Under the pieces are notes generated by a model. It searched no databases. It saw nothing but the letters and a program-made list of their open reading frames with translations, and was not told the origin of the DNA. The position numbers and the translations under genes are program-made. Shown here one piece after another: positions 10,853-22,648 of a stretch of DNA of 64,000 nucleotides. Each line of letters starts with the position of its first letter. Within the stretch, counting starts at the first letter, position 1. Source of the stretch: an uncultured Candidatus Rokubacteria bacterium (GTDB lineage Bacteria > Methylomirabilota > Methylomirabilia > Rokubacteriales > CSP1-6). Location: assembly GCA_963789955.1 (NCBI GenBank), contig CAWBMV010000037.1:224001-288000 (forward strand). The letters run 5' to 3'.

Positions 10853-11523
10853 ATCACGCCACGCTCGGCAAGGCTGACGAACCGTCCGCGCCCGATCACC
10901 AGGTGATCGTGGATACGCAGGTCGAGGAGGCGCGCGCACTCGACCAGCTGGCGGGTGAGCCGGATATCTTCACGGCTCGGCGTGGGGTCGCCGCTCGGAT
11001 GATTGTGGAGCAGGATCACCGACGCGGCCGACTCGAGGATCGCGGGCTTGAACACGTCCCGCGGGTGCACGAGGCTCGCCGACAACGTCCCCTGTGAGAT
11101 CACGCGGTCGTGAAGCAGACCGTTCTGCGCGTCCAGCAGCGCGATCCGGAACACTTCGCGCCTGAGATCTTCCATCAGCGGCCCGTAGGCCGCGTAGACC
11201 TCGGCCGGACCCGACAGGGTCACCCGCGCGCCCGGGACCCGCGCCCGGAGGCGCCGGGTCAGCTCGAACGCCGCGACCAGCCGCGCGGCCTTGGCGGGCC
11301 CGACGCCTGACAGCTTCGTGAGCTCCGCGACCTCGCGGCCGGCCACGTCGGCCAGCGAGCCGTAGGCGGCGAGCATCTCGCGGGCGACCTCGATCGCGCT
11401 CTTGCCCCGAACACCCGAGCCGAGCTGAATGGCGAGCAGCTCCGCGTCGGCGAGCGCCTCGGGCCCGTTCCAGTAGAGCCGCTCGCGCGGGCGGTCCGTC
11501 TCGGCCGAGCGCTCGAGAGCCAT
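10849..11523 (-). CDS. radC: RadC/UPF0758 JAB-domain protein
   Basis: RPRERL, ELLAI, GVGPAKA, VHPRDVFK, HNHPSGDPTPSRED and HDHLVIG motifs. Confidence 0.93.
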   Translation of the reverse strand: MALERSAETDRPRERLYWNGPEALADAELLAIQLGSGVRGKSAIEVAREMLAAYGSLADVAGREVAELTKLSGVGPAKAARLVAAFELTRRLRARVPGARVTLSGPAEVYAAYGPLMEDLRREVFRIALLDAQNGLLHDRVISQGTLSASLVHPRDVFKPAILESAASVILLHNHPSGDPTPSREDIRLTRQLVECARLLDLRIHDHLVIGRGRFVSLAERGVI

Positions 11524-11581
11524 GCCACTGTCGTACGCGAGGCCGCGTACGACGGTCAATGCGCGGCTTCTGATACGCCGC

Positions 11582-12004
11582 TCAGCCGCGGATCGTGATC
11601 GTCCGAGGCTCGTCGCCGACGCCGGCGATGTGCACGTGGACCGCGTCGGGCGGCAGCAGCGGCGCGAGCTTGTCGGCCCACTCGATGAGCGTCACCCCCT
11701 CGCCGCCGACCATCTCGAGAAGCCCGAGGTCCATGAGCTCGGTCATGCTATCGGTCCGGTAGGCGTCGACGTGGTGGATGGGGACGCGGCCCTTGTACTC
11801 GTTGACCAGCACGAAGGTCGGGCTGGTCGCGCGGATCGTGGCGCCGAGGCCCCGCACCAGTCCCTGCACGAAGCAGGTCTTGCCGGCGCCGAGCTCGCCG
11901 GTCAGCGCGACGACCGCGCCGGGTCCGAGCGTGCGGCCGAGGCGCTCGCCGGCGGCCTCGGTCGCCTCGGCGCTCGCGCTGACGATCTCAACCGCCGTCG
12001 CCAC
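11582..12004 (-). CDS. tsaE: tRNA t6A biosynthesis ATPase TsaE
   Basis: GELGAGKT, SPTFVLVNEY, HVDAYR and LIEWAD motifs. Confidence 0.93.
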   Translation of the reverse strand: MATAVEIVSASAEATEAAGERLGRTLGPGAVVALTGELGAGKTCFVQGLVRGLGATIRATSPTFVLVNEYKGRVPIHHVDAYRTDSMTELMDLGLLEMVGGEGVTLIEWADKLAPLLPPDAVHVHIAGVGDEPRTITIRG

Positions 12005-13551
12005 GGAGCCTCTTGAAGGCCTCGGGAAGGGCCGCGATGACGTCCCGCGCGACCAGCGACTCTTCGCCGACGCGCTCGGCGGCGATGTCACCCGCGCTCC
12101 CGTGCAGGTACACGCTCGCGCACATCGCCGCCGCGGGCTCCATGCCGCGCGCCAGGCACGCGCCGAGCACGCCGGTGAGCACGTCGCCGGTGCCGCCGCT
12201 CGCCATCCCGGGATTGCCGGTCGGATTCACGAAGACGCGTCCGTCGGGCGTGGCGATCACGCTGCGCGCGCCCTTGAGGACGATGTAGACGCGGTGGCGC
12301 GTCGCGAACTCGCGGGTGGTCTCGATCCGATCGCGCTGGATCTCGTCCACGCGCGCGCCCAGCATTCGCGCCATCTCCCCCGGGTGGGGCGTGAGACAGC
12401 GCGCGGACGGCGCATCGCGCAGCACGTCGAGGTGGCCGGCCAGCGCGCTCAGGCCGTCGGCGTCGATCACCATGGGCTGGCGGAGCTCGCGCGCCAGGCT
12501 GCGGACGACCTGCACCGTCTCGCCATCGAGGCCGATCCCCGGCCCGATCGCCACGGCGTCGCGCGAGCCGGCGAGCTCGACGATCGCCTCGCGCGCCTGT
12601 CAGGGCGAGCGTGCGCGCGGAGGTCTCCGGCAGCGGCTCGGTCATCGCTTCGAGCACGAGGCTCGCGACAATCGGCTGCTGGCTCACCGGTGTCGCCACC
12701 GTGACGAGCCCGACGCCGCTGCGCATCGCCGCCATCGCTCCGAGCGCCGCCGCACCGGTCTTGCCGAGCGAGCCCGCCACCAGGAGCAGGTGGCCGTAGG
12801 TCCCCTTGTGTCCCGCGCGCGGCCGCCGCGGGAAGTGGCGGGCGACGTCATCCGGCTCGAGCAGGAACGTCGTGACTTCGCGCGTGACCTCGTGGTCGGG
12901 GACGCCGATCGGGACCACCGTCACCCGCCCGGCCATCTCGTCGCCGGGTGACGTCACCAGCCCGCGCTTGAGCCCGGCGAACGTCAGGGTCATCGCGGCT
13001 CGAATCACCGCACCGGCGTGCGCACCGGTGTTCGCCGAGAGCCCCGAGGGAATGTCGAGGGCGACGACGGGGCGGCCGCTGGCGTTGATCAGCTCGATCG
13101 CCCGCGCGACCTTGCCTTCCGGCACGCCTCGGGATCCCGTTCCGAGGAGCGCGTCGACGACGAGGTGCGCGCGGGCGAGGACGTCGGCCGAGGCGCGGTC
13201 GCCGGTGAAGGGCCGGGGCCGGATCCCGGCGCGCCGGAGCTCCTCGAGCTTACGTCCGGCGTCGCCCCCTACATCGGCCGCCGCGGAGACCAGCAGCACC
13301 GTCGGGCGCGCGCCGTGGCGCTTGAGCCAGCGGGCCGCGACGAAGCCGTCACCGCCGTTGCCTCCCTTGCCGCAGACGATCACGACTCTCGCCCCGCGGC
13401 GCGGAGCGCCCAGCGCCGGGAGCGCGGCGACGATCGCCTCGGCGGCGCCGCGGCCGGCGTTTTCCATGAGGGTGGCGCCCGGGATGCCGAGCTCGGTGAT
13501 CGCCCGCTGATCGAGCCGCCGCATGTCCTCGGCGGTGAAGACGCCCAGCAC
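11988..13551 (-). CDS. nnr: Bifunctional NAD(P)H-hydrate epimerase/dehydratase, frameshift near 12598
   Basis: LMENAG, CGKGGNGGDG, DIPSG, HKGTYG; second fragment GPGIG, DADGL, TPHPGEM, GGTGDVL. Confidence 0.92.
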
Positions 13552-13553
13552 GG

Positions 13554-14336
13554 TTATCTCCCGGCGGGAAGCGGGACCGCCTGGACGAGGAAGTCGGCGA
13601 GGATGGCCACGTAGATCTCGCGCCAGTCGGTGCGCGCGGCCTTGGGCAGCTCGACGTGCAGCGCGCGACTCGTCACTCTCAGGATGCCGTCGCGCTTGGC
13701 GCTCGACGCGGCGTAGCGCAAGGTGTTGGCCGGCTCGACGAAGATCTCGAGGCGCGGCGCCTCCCGATTCGCGCGCAGGTGGGCATCGCGAATCAGCTCC
13801 AGGAGTGTCCGCAGCCGCAGGGCCTCGTCGCGATCGACGCCCACCGTCGCGATCTCGATCCGGTCGGCGACCTCGCGGTGGTTGTTGCCGTGGATCTCGA
13901 CGTAGAAGATCAGCGGCCCCTGAGCCACCTCACGAACCTGGTGCTCATATGCCCGGTACACCTGGCGGGCGCCTTCGCTGGCGACTTCTTCGGATGCCGG
14001 ACGGCCGGGCGTGCCCTCGAAGGGCCGGTTGACCTGATAGCGCCTGCCGGGGCTCTCGCGGGAGTCGAGCTCGAGGTTGAAGCCGGTGGCGACGACGACG
14101 CCGAACCCGGTGCGCCGCCCGAGCTCGGTCGCGATCTCGCCGGTCCGCGCGTCCGAGGTGCCGTGCGGCGCCGCGATCACCAGACCCGGCCGTCCATTCT
14201 GCGCCGAGATCTTCCCCGGCAGACCATCGAGATCCAGACGTGCGCTCCCGGAGGTCGCGCAGCCGGATACGACGAACGATCCGAGCGCCAAGCTAGTCGC
14301 CCACCAGAATCGCCTGCGCGAGCGCATAGTCACCAT
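13554..14336 (-). CDS. Lipoprotein, putative Zn-dependent amidohydrolase (FGase/poly-gamma-glutamate-hydrolase-like motifs)
   Basis: Lipobox VSGC; IAAPHG, YVEIHG and LHVELP motifs. Confidence 0.6.
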   Translation of the reverse strand: MVTMRSRRRFWWATSLALGSFVVSGCATSGSARLDLDGLPGKISAQNGRPGLVIAAPHGTSDARTGEIATELGRRTGFGVVVATGFNLELDSRESPGRRYQVNRPFEGTPGRPASEEVASEGARQVYRAYEHQVREVAQGPLIFYVEIHGNNHREVADRIEIATVGVDRDEALRLRTLLELIRDAHLRANREAPRLEIFVEPANTLRYAASSAKRDGILRVTSRALHVELPKAARTDWREIYVAILADFLVQAVPLPAGR

Positions 14337-14676
14337 CGTGGGTCAGCGAGAGCAGGATCCGGCTCCCGCCCTTGACCAGGCCGATCTCCCTGGCGCGTCC
14401 CGACAGGACGAGGGTCGGCGCTTCCTCACGCTCGCGACGCACCTCGAGCTCCCGCCAGCGCACGCCCATCTGGAGCCCGGTGCCCAGCGCCTTGAACCCC
14501 GCCTCCTTCGCGGCGAACCGTGCCGCGAAGTGAGGCGCCGGATCGCGGCGAGCACGACAGTAAATGATTTCGTCGTCCGTGAACACACGCTCGACGAAGC
14601 GGTCCTGCCAGCGATCGATCGTCGTGCGCATCCTGGGGATGCTGACGAGATCGACGCCGAGTCCGGTGATCCTCAC
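14293..14676 (-). CDS. acpS: Holo-ACP synthase
   Basis: GLGVDLV, FAARFAAKEAGFKALGTG, LSLTHD; GTG start overlaps the glmM stop. Confidence 0.93.
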   Translation of the reverse strand: MRITGLGVDLVSIPRMRTTIDRWQDRFVERVFTDDEIIYCRARRDPAPHFAARFAAKEAGFKALGTGLQMGVRWRELEVRREREEAPTLVLSGRAREIGLVKGGSRILLSLTHDGDYALAQAILVGD

Positions 14677-16025
14677 CGGTCGCCGATGTGCGTGCGGATG
14701 AGCCCGGCGAGCTCGTCGGCCATCGCCTGGATGCGAGCGCCGTCGGCGCCCTCGATCATCACCCGGGCGAGCGACTCGGTGCCGGAATACCTGATGAGGA
14801 CCCGACCCCGGCCGCTCATCTCCTGCTCGAACGCCGCCCGCCGCTCGGCGACCCCGTCGAGGGAGTCGATCGGCGGCTTGGAGCGCACGGGAACGTTGAT
14901 GAGCACCTGGGGAAACTTGGTGAGGCAGGCCGCCAGCGCCGCCAGAGGCTCGCCGGTCTCGACGGCCACGCCGAGCAGGGCGAGAGCGGAGAGGATGCCG
15001 TCCCCCGTCGGCGCGTGGTCGAGGAACAGGAGATGGCCGGACTGCTCGCCCCCGAGATTCGCACCGAGCCGCTGCATCTCCTCGGACACGTAGCGGTCGC
15101 CGACCTGCGTCTTGACCACGCGGATCCCGCCGGCCTCGAGGGCCTGGTCGAGGCCCAGGTTGGCCATGACCGTGGTCACCACGATGTTCTGCTTCAGGCG
15201 CTGGCGCGAGGCCATGTGCCGTCCGGCGATCGCGAGGGCGTAGTCGCCGTCTCGGATCTCGCCGGCGTGGTCGACCGAGATGAGCCGGTCGCCGTCGCCG
15301 TCGAACGCGAAGCCGATCGACGCGCCGCCGGCACGCACCTTCTTCTGGAGCTTCTCGGGATGGAGCGCGCCGAAGCCGGCGTTGATGTTGATGCCGTCCG
15401 GCCGCGCGCCGATGGTCAGCACCCGGGCGCCGAGCCGGCGGAACACGCGGGGCGCCACGCGGTAGGTCGCGCCGTGGGCGCAGTCGAGCGCGATCGTGAC
15501 CATGCTCAGATCGAGCGGGAAGCAGCTGCACAGGAACTCGACGTACTCGGTCTCGGCCTGGTCGTAGTCGACGAGCTCGCCGATCTTCGCGCCGCGCGCG
15601 CGGGGCGCGCGATCCGGAGCGGCGAGCCGCTGCTCGATCTCGGCCTCCCACGCGTCCGGGAACTTGGTGCCTTCCGAGGAGAACAGCTTGATGCCGTTGT
15701 CCGCGAAGGGGTTGTGCGAGGCGCTGAGCACGATGCCGCCGTGAGCCTGGAGACGCCGCGTCAGCAGCGCGATCCCTGGTGTCGGGAGCACACCGACAGA
15801 AAAGCAATCGGCACCGGAGGATAGCGCCCCGGAGATCAGGGCCGTCTCGAGGAGCGGACCCGAGCGCCGCGTGTCGCGACCGATCACGATCCGGGCGTGA
15901 CTGACGCCGTGGTCGACCTGGAGCGTCGCGACGAGCTGGCGGCCCACGCGAAACGCCAGCTCCGGGGTCAGGGGCTCTTCGTTCGCGACACCGCGGATAC
16001 CGTCCGTACCGAACAGACGCGTCAT
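14673..16025 (-). CDS. glmM: Phosphoglucosamine mutase
   Basis: MTRLFGTDGIRG, SASHNP, DGDGDR, GGEQSGH and RYSGTE motifs. Confidence 0.95.
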   Translation of the reverse strand: MTRLFGTDGIRGVANEEPLTPELAFRVGRQLVATLQVDHGVSHARIVIGRDTRRSGPLLETALISGALSSGADCFSVGVLPTPGIALLTRRLQAHGGIVLSASHNPFADNGIKLFSSEGTKFPDAWEAEIEQRLAAPDRAPRARGAKIGELVDYDQAETEYVEFLCSCFPLDLSMVTIALDCAHGATYRVAPRVFRRLGARVLTIGARPDGININAGFGALHPEKLQKKVRAGGASIGFAFDGDGDRLISVDHAGEIRDGDYALAIAGRHMASRQRLKQNIVVTTVMANLGLDQALEAGGIRVVKTQVGDRYVSEEMQRLGANLGGEQSGHLLFLDHAPTGDGILSALALLGVAVETGEPLAALAACLTKFPQVLINVPVRSKPPIDSLDGVAERRAAFEQEMSGRGRVLIRYSGTESLARVMIEGADGARIQAMADELAGLIRTHIGDR

Positions 16026-16927
16026 CGAGCGCTCATTTCCTGGACTCGCCTCACACGGTGGGACCCTCCGTCCATTATAGGGCGGCCCCTGCCCGCCGAA
16101 TGCGTTCGACGACGCGGACGGCGTCGTAGCGTTTCGGTCACGTCGTGGGCGCGGATGAGGGACGCGCCGTTCCACACCGCCACCGCGGTCGCGGCCAGCG
16201 ACGCCGCCAGCCGGTCCTCGGGTGCCGGACGGCCTATGATCGCGCCGAGAAAAGACTTTCTCGACACACCCACGCAGAGCGGGCGCCCCAGACCCTGAAG
16301 CTCGCCGAGCCCCGCCAGCACTGTCGCGTCCCATTCGTCCCATGCGATCCCTTCGTCCCTGAAGAACCCGATCCCGGGATCGAGAACGACCTGCTCGTCA
16401 GAAATCCCTGCGTCACGGGCACGTTGGAGCGCTTGGTTGAGAAGCGACTTCACCGCCGGCACGGGCGGCAAGCCGGACGGCGCACCCGTGGGAAAGGCCA
16501 TCAGGATGGCGCCGGCGCGACGCTCGCAGACCAGGGTCGCGACCTCCGGGTCGCGGAGGCCGGAGACGTCGTTGATGATGCGCGCCCCGGCGTCTAGCGC
16601 GGCACGAGCCGGTCCGGGGCGGGTCGTATCGGCCGAGATCGGCACGGGCACCTTCGCCGCCAAGGTCTCCACCGCCCGGGCCAGGCGCTCCCGCTCGTCA
16701 CGGTCGCTGACCGTCGCGGTGCCGTAGGGCGCCGTGGAGCGCGCACCGACGTCGATCAAGGTGGCGCCCGCGTCGACCATGGCGAGCGCGGCCGCGAGAA
16801 GATCCGCGCCTTCGGTGTGGACGGAACCGGGGTGAAAGGACTCGGGACTCACATTGAGGGCGCCCATGACGGCCACCGGGACACCACGACCGAGGGTCAC
16901 TCCAGCGAGGAGGGCTCGATGGGTCAT
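16022..16927 (-). CDS. folP: Dihydropteroate synthase (C-terminus probably frameshifted near 16130)
   Basis: MGALNVSPESF, INDVSG, LDPGIGF, GVSRKSF and IRAHDV motifs. Confidence 0.9.
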   Translation of the reverse strand: MTHRALLAGVTLGRGVPVAVMGALNVSPESFHPGSVHTEGADLLAAALAMVDAGATLIDVGARSTAPYGTATVSDRDERERLARAVETLAAKVPVPISADTTRPGPARAALDAGARIINDVSGLRDPEVATLVCERRAGAILMAFPTGAPSGLPPVPAVKSLLNQALQRARDAGISDEQVVLDPGIGFFRDEGIAWDEWDATVLAGLGELQGLGRPLCVGVSRKSFLGAIIGRPAPEDRLAASLAATAVAVWNGASLIRAHDVTETLRRRPRRRTHSAGRGRPIMDGGSHRVRRVQEMSAR

Positions 16928-16942
16928 CGAGCCGCGGCGCCT

Positions 16943-18762
16943 CTATGCGGGCGCGCCGGCTTCCTGAAGGGGACGCGTACGCAGGATGCGGGCGATCTCC
17001 TCACCGTCGAGGGTCTCCCGCTCCAGCAGGGCGCGCGCGAGCGCGTGCAGCTTCTCGATGTTGTCCTGGAGGATTTGCTTGGCGCGGCCCGCGGCCTCCA
17101 GGACGATCCGCTTGATCTCCGAGTCGATGACGAGGGCGGTGTCTTCGCTGTAGTCCTTCGCCCGGGCGACCTCGCGGCCGAGGAAGATGTGCTCCTCGTT
17201 CTTGCCGAAGGTCAGAGGCCCGAGCTTGTCGGACATGCCCCACTCGCAGATCATCTTGCGGGCCATCTCGGTGGCCTTTTCGAGGTCGTCGCCCGCGCCG
17301 GTGGTCTGCTGGTTCAGCACGATCTCTTCGGCGGCGCGCCCGCCGAGCAGGATCGTGATGCGGTTGACCAGGTAGTCCTTCGAGTAGTTGTACTTGTCGT
17401 CGACCGGCAGCTGCTGGGTCAGGCCGAGGGCCCGGCCGCGCGGGATGATCGTCACCTTGTGGACGGGATCGGTGCCCGGGCAGCACGTCGGCCACGAGCG
17501 TATGGCCGGCCTCGTGGTACGCGATCGTCCGCTTCTCGACGTCGCTGATGATCATCGAGCGGCGCTCGACGCCCATCAGGACCTTGTCCTTGGCGCTCTC
17601 GAAGTCGGACATCTCGACGAGCTTCTTGTTCATGCCGCGCCGCGAGGAGCGCCGCCTCGTTGACCAGGTTCGCCAGGTCCGCGCCCGAGAAGCCGGGCGT
17701 TCCGCGGGCGAGCACCTTGAGCTCGACGTTGGGCGCCAGCGGGATCCGGCGAGCGTGGACGCGGAGGATCTCCTCGCGCCCCTTCACGTCGGGCCGCGGC
17801 ACGACCACCTGACGATCGAATCGTCCGGGCCGGAGCAGCGCGGGGTCGAGCACGTCGGGCCGGTTGGTGGCGGCGATCAGGATGACGCCTTCGTTCGTCT
17901 CGAAACCGTCCATCTCGACCAGGAGCTGGTTCAGGGTCTGCTCCCGCTCGTCGTGGCCGCCGCCGAGCCCGGCGCCGCGATGGCGCCCGACCGCGTCGAT
18001 CTCGTCCATGAAGATGATGCAGGGCGCGTGCTTCTTGCCCTGCTCGAAGAGGTCGCGCACCCGGGAGGCGCCGACGCCCACGAACATCTCGACGAAGTCC
18101 GAGCCGGAGATCGAGAAGAACGGCACGTTCGCCTCGCCGGCGATGGCCTTGGCGAGCAGGGTCTTGCCGGTGCCGGGAGGCCCGACGAGCAGGACGCCCT
18201 TCGGGATCTTGCCACCGAGCTTCTGGAACTTCTGAGGATCCTTCAGGAAGTCGATGATCTCGCGGAGCTCTTCCTTGGCCTCGTCGACCCCGGCGACGTC
18301 CTGGAACGTGACCTTGTTCTGCTTCTCGGAGATCATCCGCGCCCGCGCCTTGCCGAAGGACAGCGCCTTGGCGCCGCCGCCCTGCATCTGGCGCATGAAG
18401 AAGATCCAGACCCCGATGAACAGCAGCATCGGCACCCACTGCAGGAAGATCGAGTACCAGGGGGTGGCGTCCGGCGGCTTCACCGCGATGCGGACGCCGC
18501 GATCCTTGAGCGTCTTGATCAGCTCCGGGTACTCGACGATGTAGGTGCGCTGCGTCTGCGCCGAGTCCTTGAGCGAGTAGGTGACGAGGTTGCCGCGGAT
18601 GACGACCGACTCGACCCGGCCCTGGTCGACGGCCTTGAGGAACTCCGAGAAGTTCGGCTGCTCCTGGCGCTCCTGCTGCGCGCCCTGGAACACCGTGAAC
18701 AGGAGGATGACGATGAGGCCGATCACCATCCAGAGCGCGAGGTTCTTGTAGACCTGGTTCAT
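16943..18762 (-). CDS. ftsH: ATP-dependent zinc metalloprotease FtsH, frameshifts near 17635 and 17480
   Basis: Two TM helices, [36 protein letters not shown] and GGRAAE across three ORF fragments. Confidence 0.95.
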
Positions 18763-18774
18763 ACCGGCCCGCTC

Positions 18775-18783
18775 AGTATAGCA
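18775..18783 (-). promoter_or_regulatory. Extended -10 promoter for ftsH
   Basis: Minus-strand TGcTATACT ~12 bp upstream of the ftsH ATG. Confidence 0.5.
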
Positions 18784-18808
18784 CCGGCAACGACGATGGA
18801 GCGACGCG

Positions 18809-19339
18809 TCAGATCCCGTCCAGCGTCGCGACGTACGGCAGGTTGCGGTAGAGCCCGTCGTAGTCGAGACCATAGCCCACCACGAACACGTTGGGGATCG
18901 TGAATCCGACGTAGTCGATGGAGACCTCGATCTCTCGCCGGCCGGTCTTGTCCAGGAGCACGCACGTGCGGACGCTGCGCGGCCCCCGCGCCTCGAGCGT
19001 GCGCTTGAGCGCCGCCAGGGTGTGCCCGGTGTCGACGATGTCGTCGACGATGAGCACGTGCCGGTCCGCGATGTCGATGCTCAGGTCGGTGACGAGCCGG
19101 ACCGAGCCCGACGACGTCGTCCCCGAGCCGTAGCTCGAGGTGCGCACGAAATCGACGGTGAGGTCGAGCGCCACCGCGCGCATGAGGTCGGCGACGAAGG
19201 GAATCGCGCCCTGGAGCACGCCGACCAGCACGAGATTCGTCGCGGCATAGTCGCGCGCGATCGCGCGGCCGAGCTCCGCGACGCGCGCCACGATCTCCTT
19301 TTCGGGGACCAGCGCGTGGCCCGGCCTGGGAGCCGGCAT
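18809..19339 (-). CDS. hpt: Hypoxanthine phosphoribosyltransferase
   Basis: [18 protein letters not shown] and FVVGYGLDY...YRNLP motifs. Confidence 0.93.
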   Translation of the reverse strand: MPAPRPGHALVPEKEIVARVAELGRAIARDYAATNLVLVGVLQGAIPFVADLMRAVALDLTVDFVRTSSYGSGTTSSGSVRLVTDLSIDIADRHVLIVDDIVDTGHTLAALKRTLEARGPRSVRTCVLLDKTGRREIEVSIDYVGFTIPNVFVVGYGLDYDGLYRNLPYVATLDGI

Positions 19340-19340
19340 C

Positions 19341-19980
19341 CTACCGGGCGGTGACGAACGCCGAGAGCTTGCGCTCGCTCGCGACGATCTTGTCCGCGGC
19401 CAGCTGGGCGGCGTCGCGCGTGGCGAAGGAACCGACCCGCACGCGGTAGCGCACGCTGCCGCTCGCGTCGATCTCGGCGACGTACGCGTCGTGGCCCGCG
19501 GCGACGAGCCGTGCGCGCAACGCCTCGGCCGGCTCACGCGCCTTGTAGGCGCCCACCTGGATCGTGAACGCGCCGGGGCTCGACGCCGGCGCCTGCGGCT
19601 TCGGGCAGCGCCGCGCGCTCGGGCTTCGCCGCCTCGACATTCGCCGGCTTGTCGCTCTTGTCGGCGCGCCCGGGCTTCGCGGCTTTCGCCGGCGGGGGCG
19701 CGGTGAGCGGCGCGGTCAGATCCTGATAGAAGGTCAGGGCCGGACCCGGCTCGGCGGGGCGCGCGGTCTTGTCGCCGGGACGCGTCGCTTTGTCTCCCGC
19801 GCGCGCCGGCACGCTCTCTTTCTCGGCCGTGGTGCTCTGCGCGGGCTGGGTCCGCGGCCAGAACCGCCCGGCCATGACGCCGAGCACGAACGTCGCGCCG
19901 AGGACTCCGAGGCAGCCCACCACGAACAGCATCGAGGCGAGCCGACTCGGCGCGCGCCGGCCGCGTCCGCCCCGCATCAC
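19341..19980 (-). CDS. SPOR-domain cell-division protein, frameshift near 19600
   Basis: N-terminal TM, LTFYQDL, Pro/Ala linker, FTIQVGAY...YRVRVGSF; typical position downstream of argS. Confidence 0.85.
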
Positions 19981-21663
19981 ATGCTCTCCGGCGCGCTCAC
20001 GCCCAGGAGGTCGAGGCCGTTCCGGACCACGGTCCCCACGGTGGCGCAGAGCGCCAGCCGCGCATTCATCAGGCGCGCGTCATCCTGGATCACCCGGTGG
20101 TTCTTGTACCAGGCGTGGAACTCGGACGCGAGCTGCTGCAGCCAGTAGGCGACGCGATGCGGCTCGAGCGCGCCGGTCGCGCCTCGGACGAGCTCGGGGA
20201 ACTGCAGGAGGCGCTTGATCAGCGCCAGATCCGCCGGCTCGACGAGCGGGCTCGTGTCGATGTCGGCCAGACGCGGAACGGTGATCCCCTGCTCCGCCGC
20301 CTGGCGGAAGATCGAGCGAATGCGCGCGTGCGCGTACTGCACGTAGTAGACGGGGTTGTCGCTCGACTGGCGAGTCGCCACGGCCAGGTCGAACTCCAGC
20401 GGGCTGTCGTGCCGGCGCGTGAGGAACGTGAAGCGGGCCGCGTCGCGGCCGACCTCCTCGAGCAATTCCTCCATCAGGACGAACTCGCCCCGCCGCTTCG
20501 ACATGCGCACGGGCTGGCCGTCGCGCAGCAGGGTCACCAGCTGGACGATCATCACCTCGAACGCCTCGGGCGGATGGCCGAGCGCCTGCATCGCGGCTTT
20601 CATCCGCGCGACGTATCCGTGATGGTCGGGCCCGAGCAGATTGATCAAGCGATCGGCGGCGGCGAACTTCACGTGCTCGTGATAGGCGATGTCCACCGCG
20701 AAGTAGGTCGGCTCGCCGCTCGAGCGCCGGAGCACCCGATCCTTGTCGTCGCCCACCTCTTCGCCGGACGAGCGGAACCAGAGCGCGCCGTCCTGCTCGT
20801 AGCTCAAGCCGCGCGCCGCGAACTCCCCCAGCACTTTCTCGGGCAGGTGCCGGTCGCGCACGTCGCGCTGCTCGGAGGACCAGACGTCGAACTCGACGCC
20901 GTACTCGCGCAGGATCCGGCGCTGCGCCTCGACCATGTGCGCGACCGCGTAGCGTCCGAAGTGCTCGATGCGCTCGCGCTCGGACGCACCGCTCATCACG
21001 CTCCCGCCCTCGGCGCGATAGGTCTTCGCGAGATCGACGAGATACTCACCGGGATAGCCGTTCTCGGGCAGCGCGCGCCGATTCGCCGAACTCCTGCCGC
21101 ACGCGCGCCTCGAACGAGCGCGCGAGCGCCTCGAACTGATTGCCCGCGTCGTTGACGTAAAACTCGGTCGTGACGGCGGCGCCCTGCGAGCGCAGCAGAC
21201 GCGCGAGCGCATCGCCGATCGCGGCCGCGCGCGCGTTGACGATCACGAGCGGGCCGGTCGGATTCGCGGAGACGAACTCGAGCCTGATGCGGCGACCCGC
21301 CTGGCTCTCACCGCGCCCGTAGCCGGCGCCGGCGGCGAGAATCTCGCGAAGCGCTCCGGCGCACCAGGCCGGCGCCAGAAACACGTTGAGGAAGCCGGGG
21401 CCCGCGACCTCGAGCTTCTCGACCTCGGCCATGGGCGGGAAGTTCTTCACGATGAGATCGGCGATCTGTCGGGGCGGGCGCTTCGCCGCGCGCGCGAGGA
21501 CCATCGGAGCGTTGGTGGCGTAGTCACCGTGCTCCGCCTGACGCGGAACCTCCCACGCACATTCCTCGGGCTCGGGCAGTCCGGCCTTCGCGAGGGCCGC
21601 CCGCACCCCACTCGTCAACCGATCGGTCAGTTGCACCTGCGCATCAGGGTACCCGCGTACCAC
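19977..21663 (-). CDS. argS: Arginine--tRNA ligase, frameshift near 21080
   Basis: HGDYATN, AGPGFLN, EFVSANPTGP, MSKRRG and YVQYAHARI motifs. Confidence 0.95.
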
Positions 21664-21759
21664 CGCGTCGTGATGAAGAAAAATCGGGTCGTAGCACGAG
21701 CGTCAACCACGCGCCCTTGGCAAGGCGCTCGGCGGCGTGGTATTGAGCCACGAAGCGCC

Positions 21760-22648
21760 ATGCTCAGCATCTTCAGAGTGACCTTGGGCCACTACCGGGA
21801 GCTGACCCTGGCCGGCGCGTTCGCGGCGCTGGCGGCCTGGGAAATTCTCGAGATGCTGTTGCTGGAGGGGAGCGCCAGGGCGTCGCTCTCGCTGACCCTC
21901 GTGGTGCACTCCCTTCAGGTCGCGCTCATCCTGGCGGCGACGGCCCTCGCGCTGCACGCCTGGCGGGACAAGACGGCCCGCGAGCGCGCCCTCGCCGCGC
22001 TCGTGCAGCAGGTCGTCGCCGCGCCGGGAAGACGAGCGCCGGCGCATCGCGTACGACGTCCACGACGGTGTGGCCCAGCTCGTCGTGAGCGCCAAGCAGC
22101 ACGTCGACACGGCGACGGACCTCTGGTCGACCGCGCCGGTGCGCGCCGCCGGAGAAACGGCGATTGCGGCCGACCGCCTCGGGCAAGCCATCGCGGAGAC
22201 TCGGCGGATCCTGGCCGCGCTTCGGCCGTTGGCCGTGGAGGCGGCCGGCCTGGCCGGAGCCGCGCGCCGTAGCCTCGACGACGTCGCCCGAGACACGGGG
22301 TGGACAGTGAGCCTCGTCGAGAATCTTGGAGGCGTCCGGCTGCCGCCGACCATCGAAGCCGCCGCGTTCAGGATCCTCCAGGAGGCGCTGGCAAACGCCC
22401 GCAAGCACGCGGAGACCATGCGGATCGACGTCATCCTGGCTCGCGAGGCCGACCGCTTCGACCTGGACGTGCGCGATCACGGCATAGGTCTCCCCGAGCC
22501 GGGCACAACACGAGGCTTCGGGCTCGCCAGCATGCAGGAGCGCGCACGCTTGCTCGGCGGCTCCTGCGTCATCGAGCGTGCGCCGGGTGGCGGCACCCGC
22601 GTCCACGCTCAGCTCCCACTACGCCATGGCATCTCCGCCGCGTCCTGA
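21760..22648 (+). CDS. Small membrane sensor histidine kinase (HisKA_3), frameshift near 22025
   Basis: Two TM helices, EDERRRIAYDVHDGVAQ, QEALANARKHA, DHGIG and GFGLASMQER. Confidence 0.85.

Noticed and set aside
10849..11523. radC as a mobile-element or anti-restriction marker
   Set aside because: It is the full-length chromosomal form with an N-terminal HhH region at the end of a housekeeping run.
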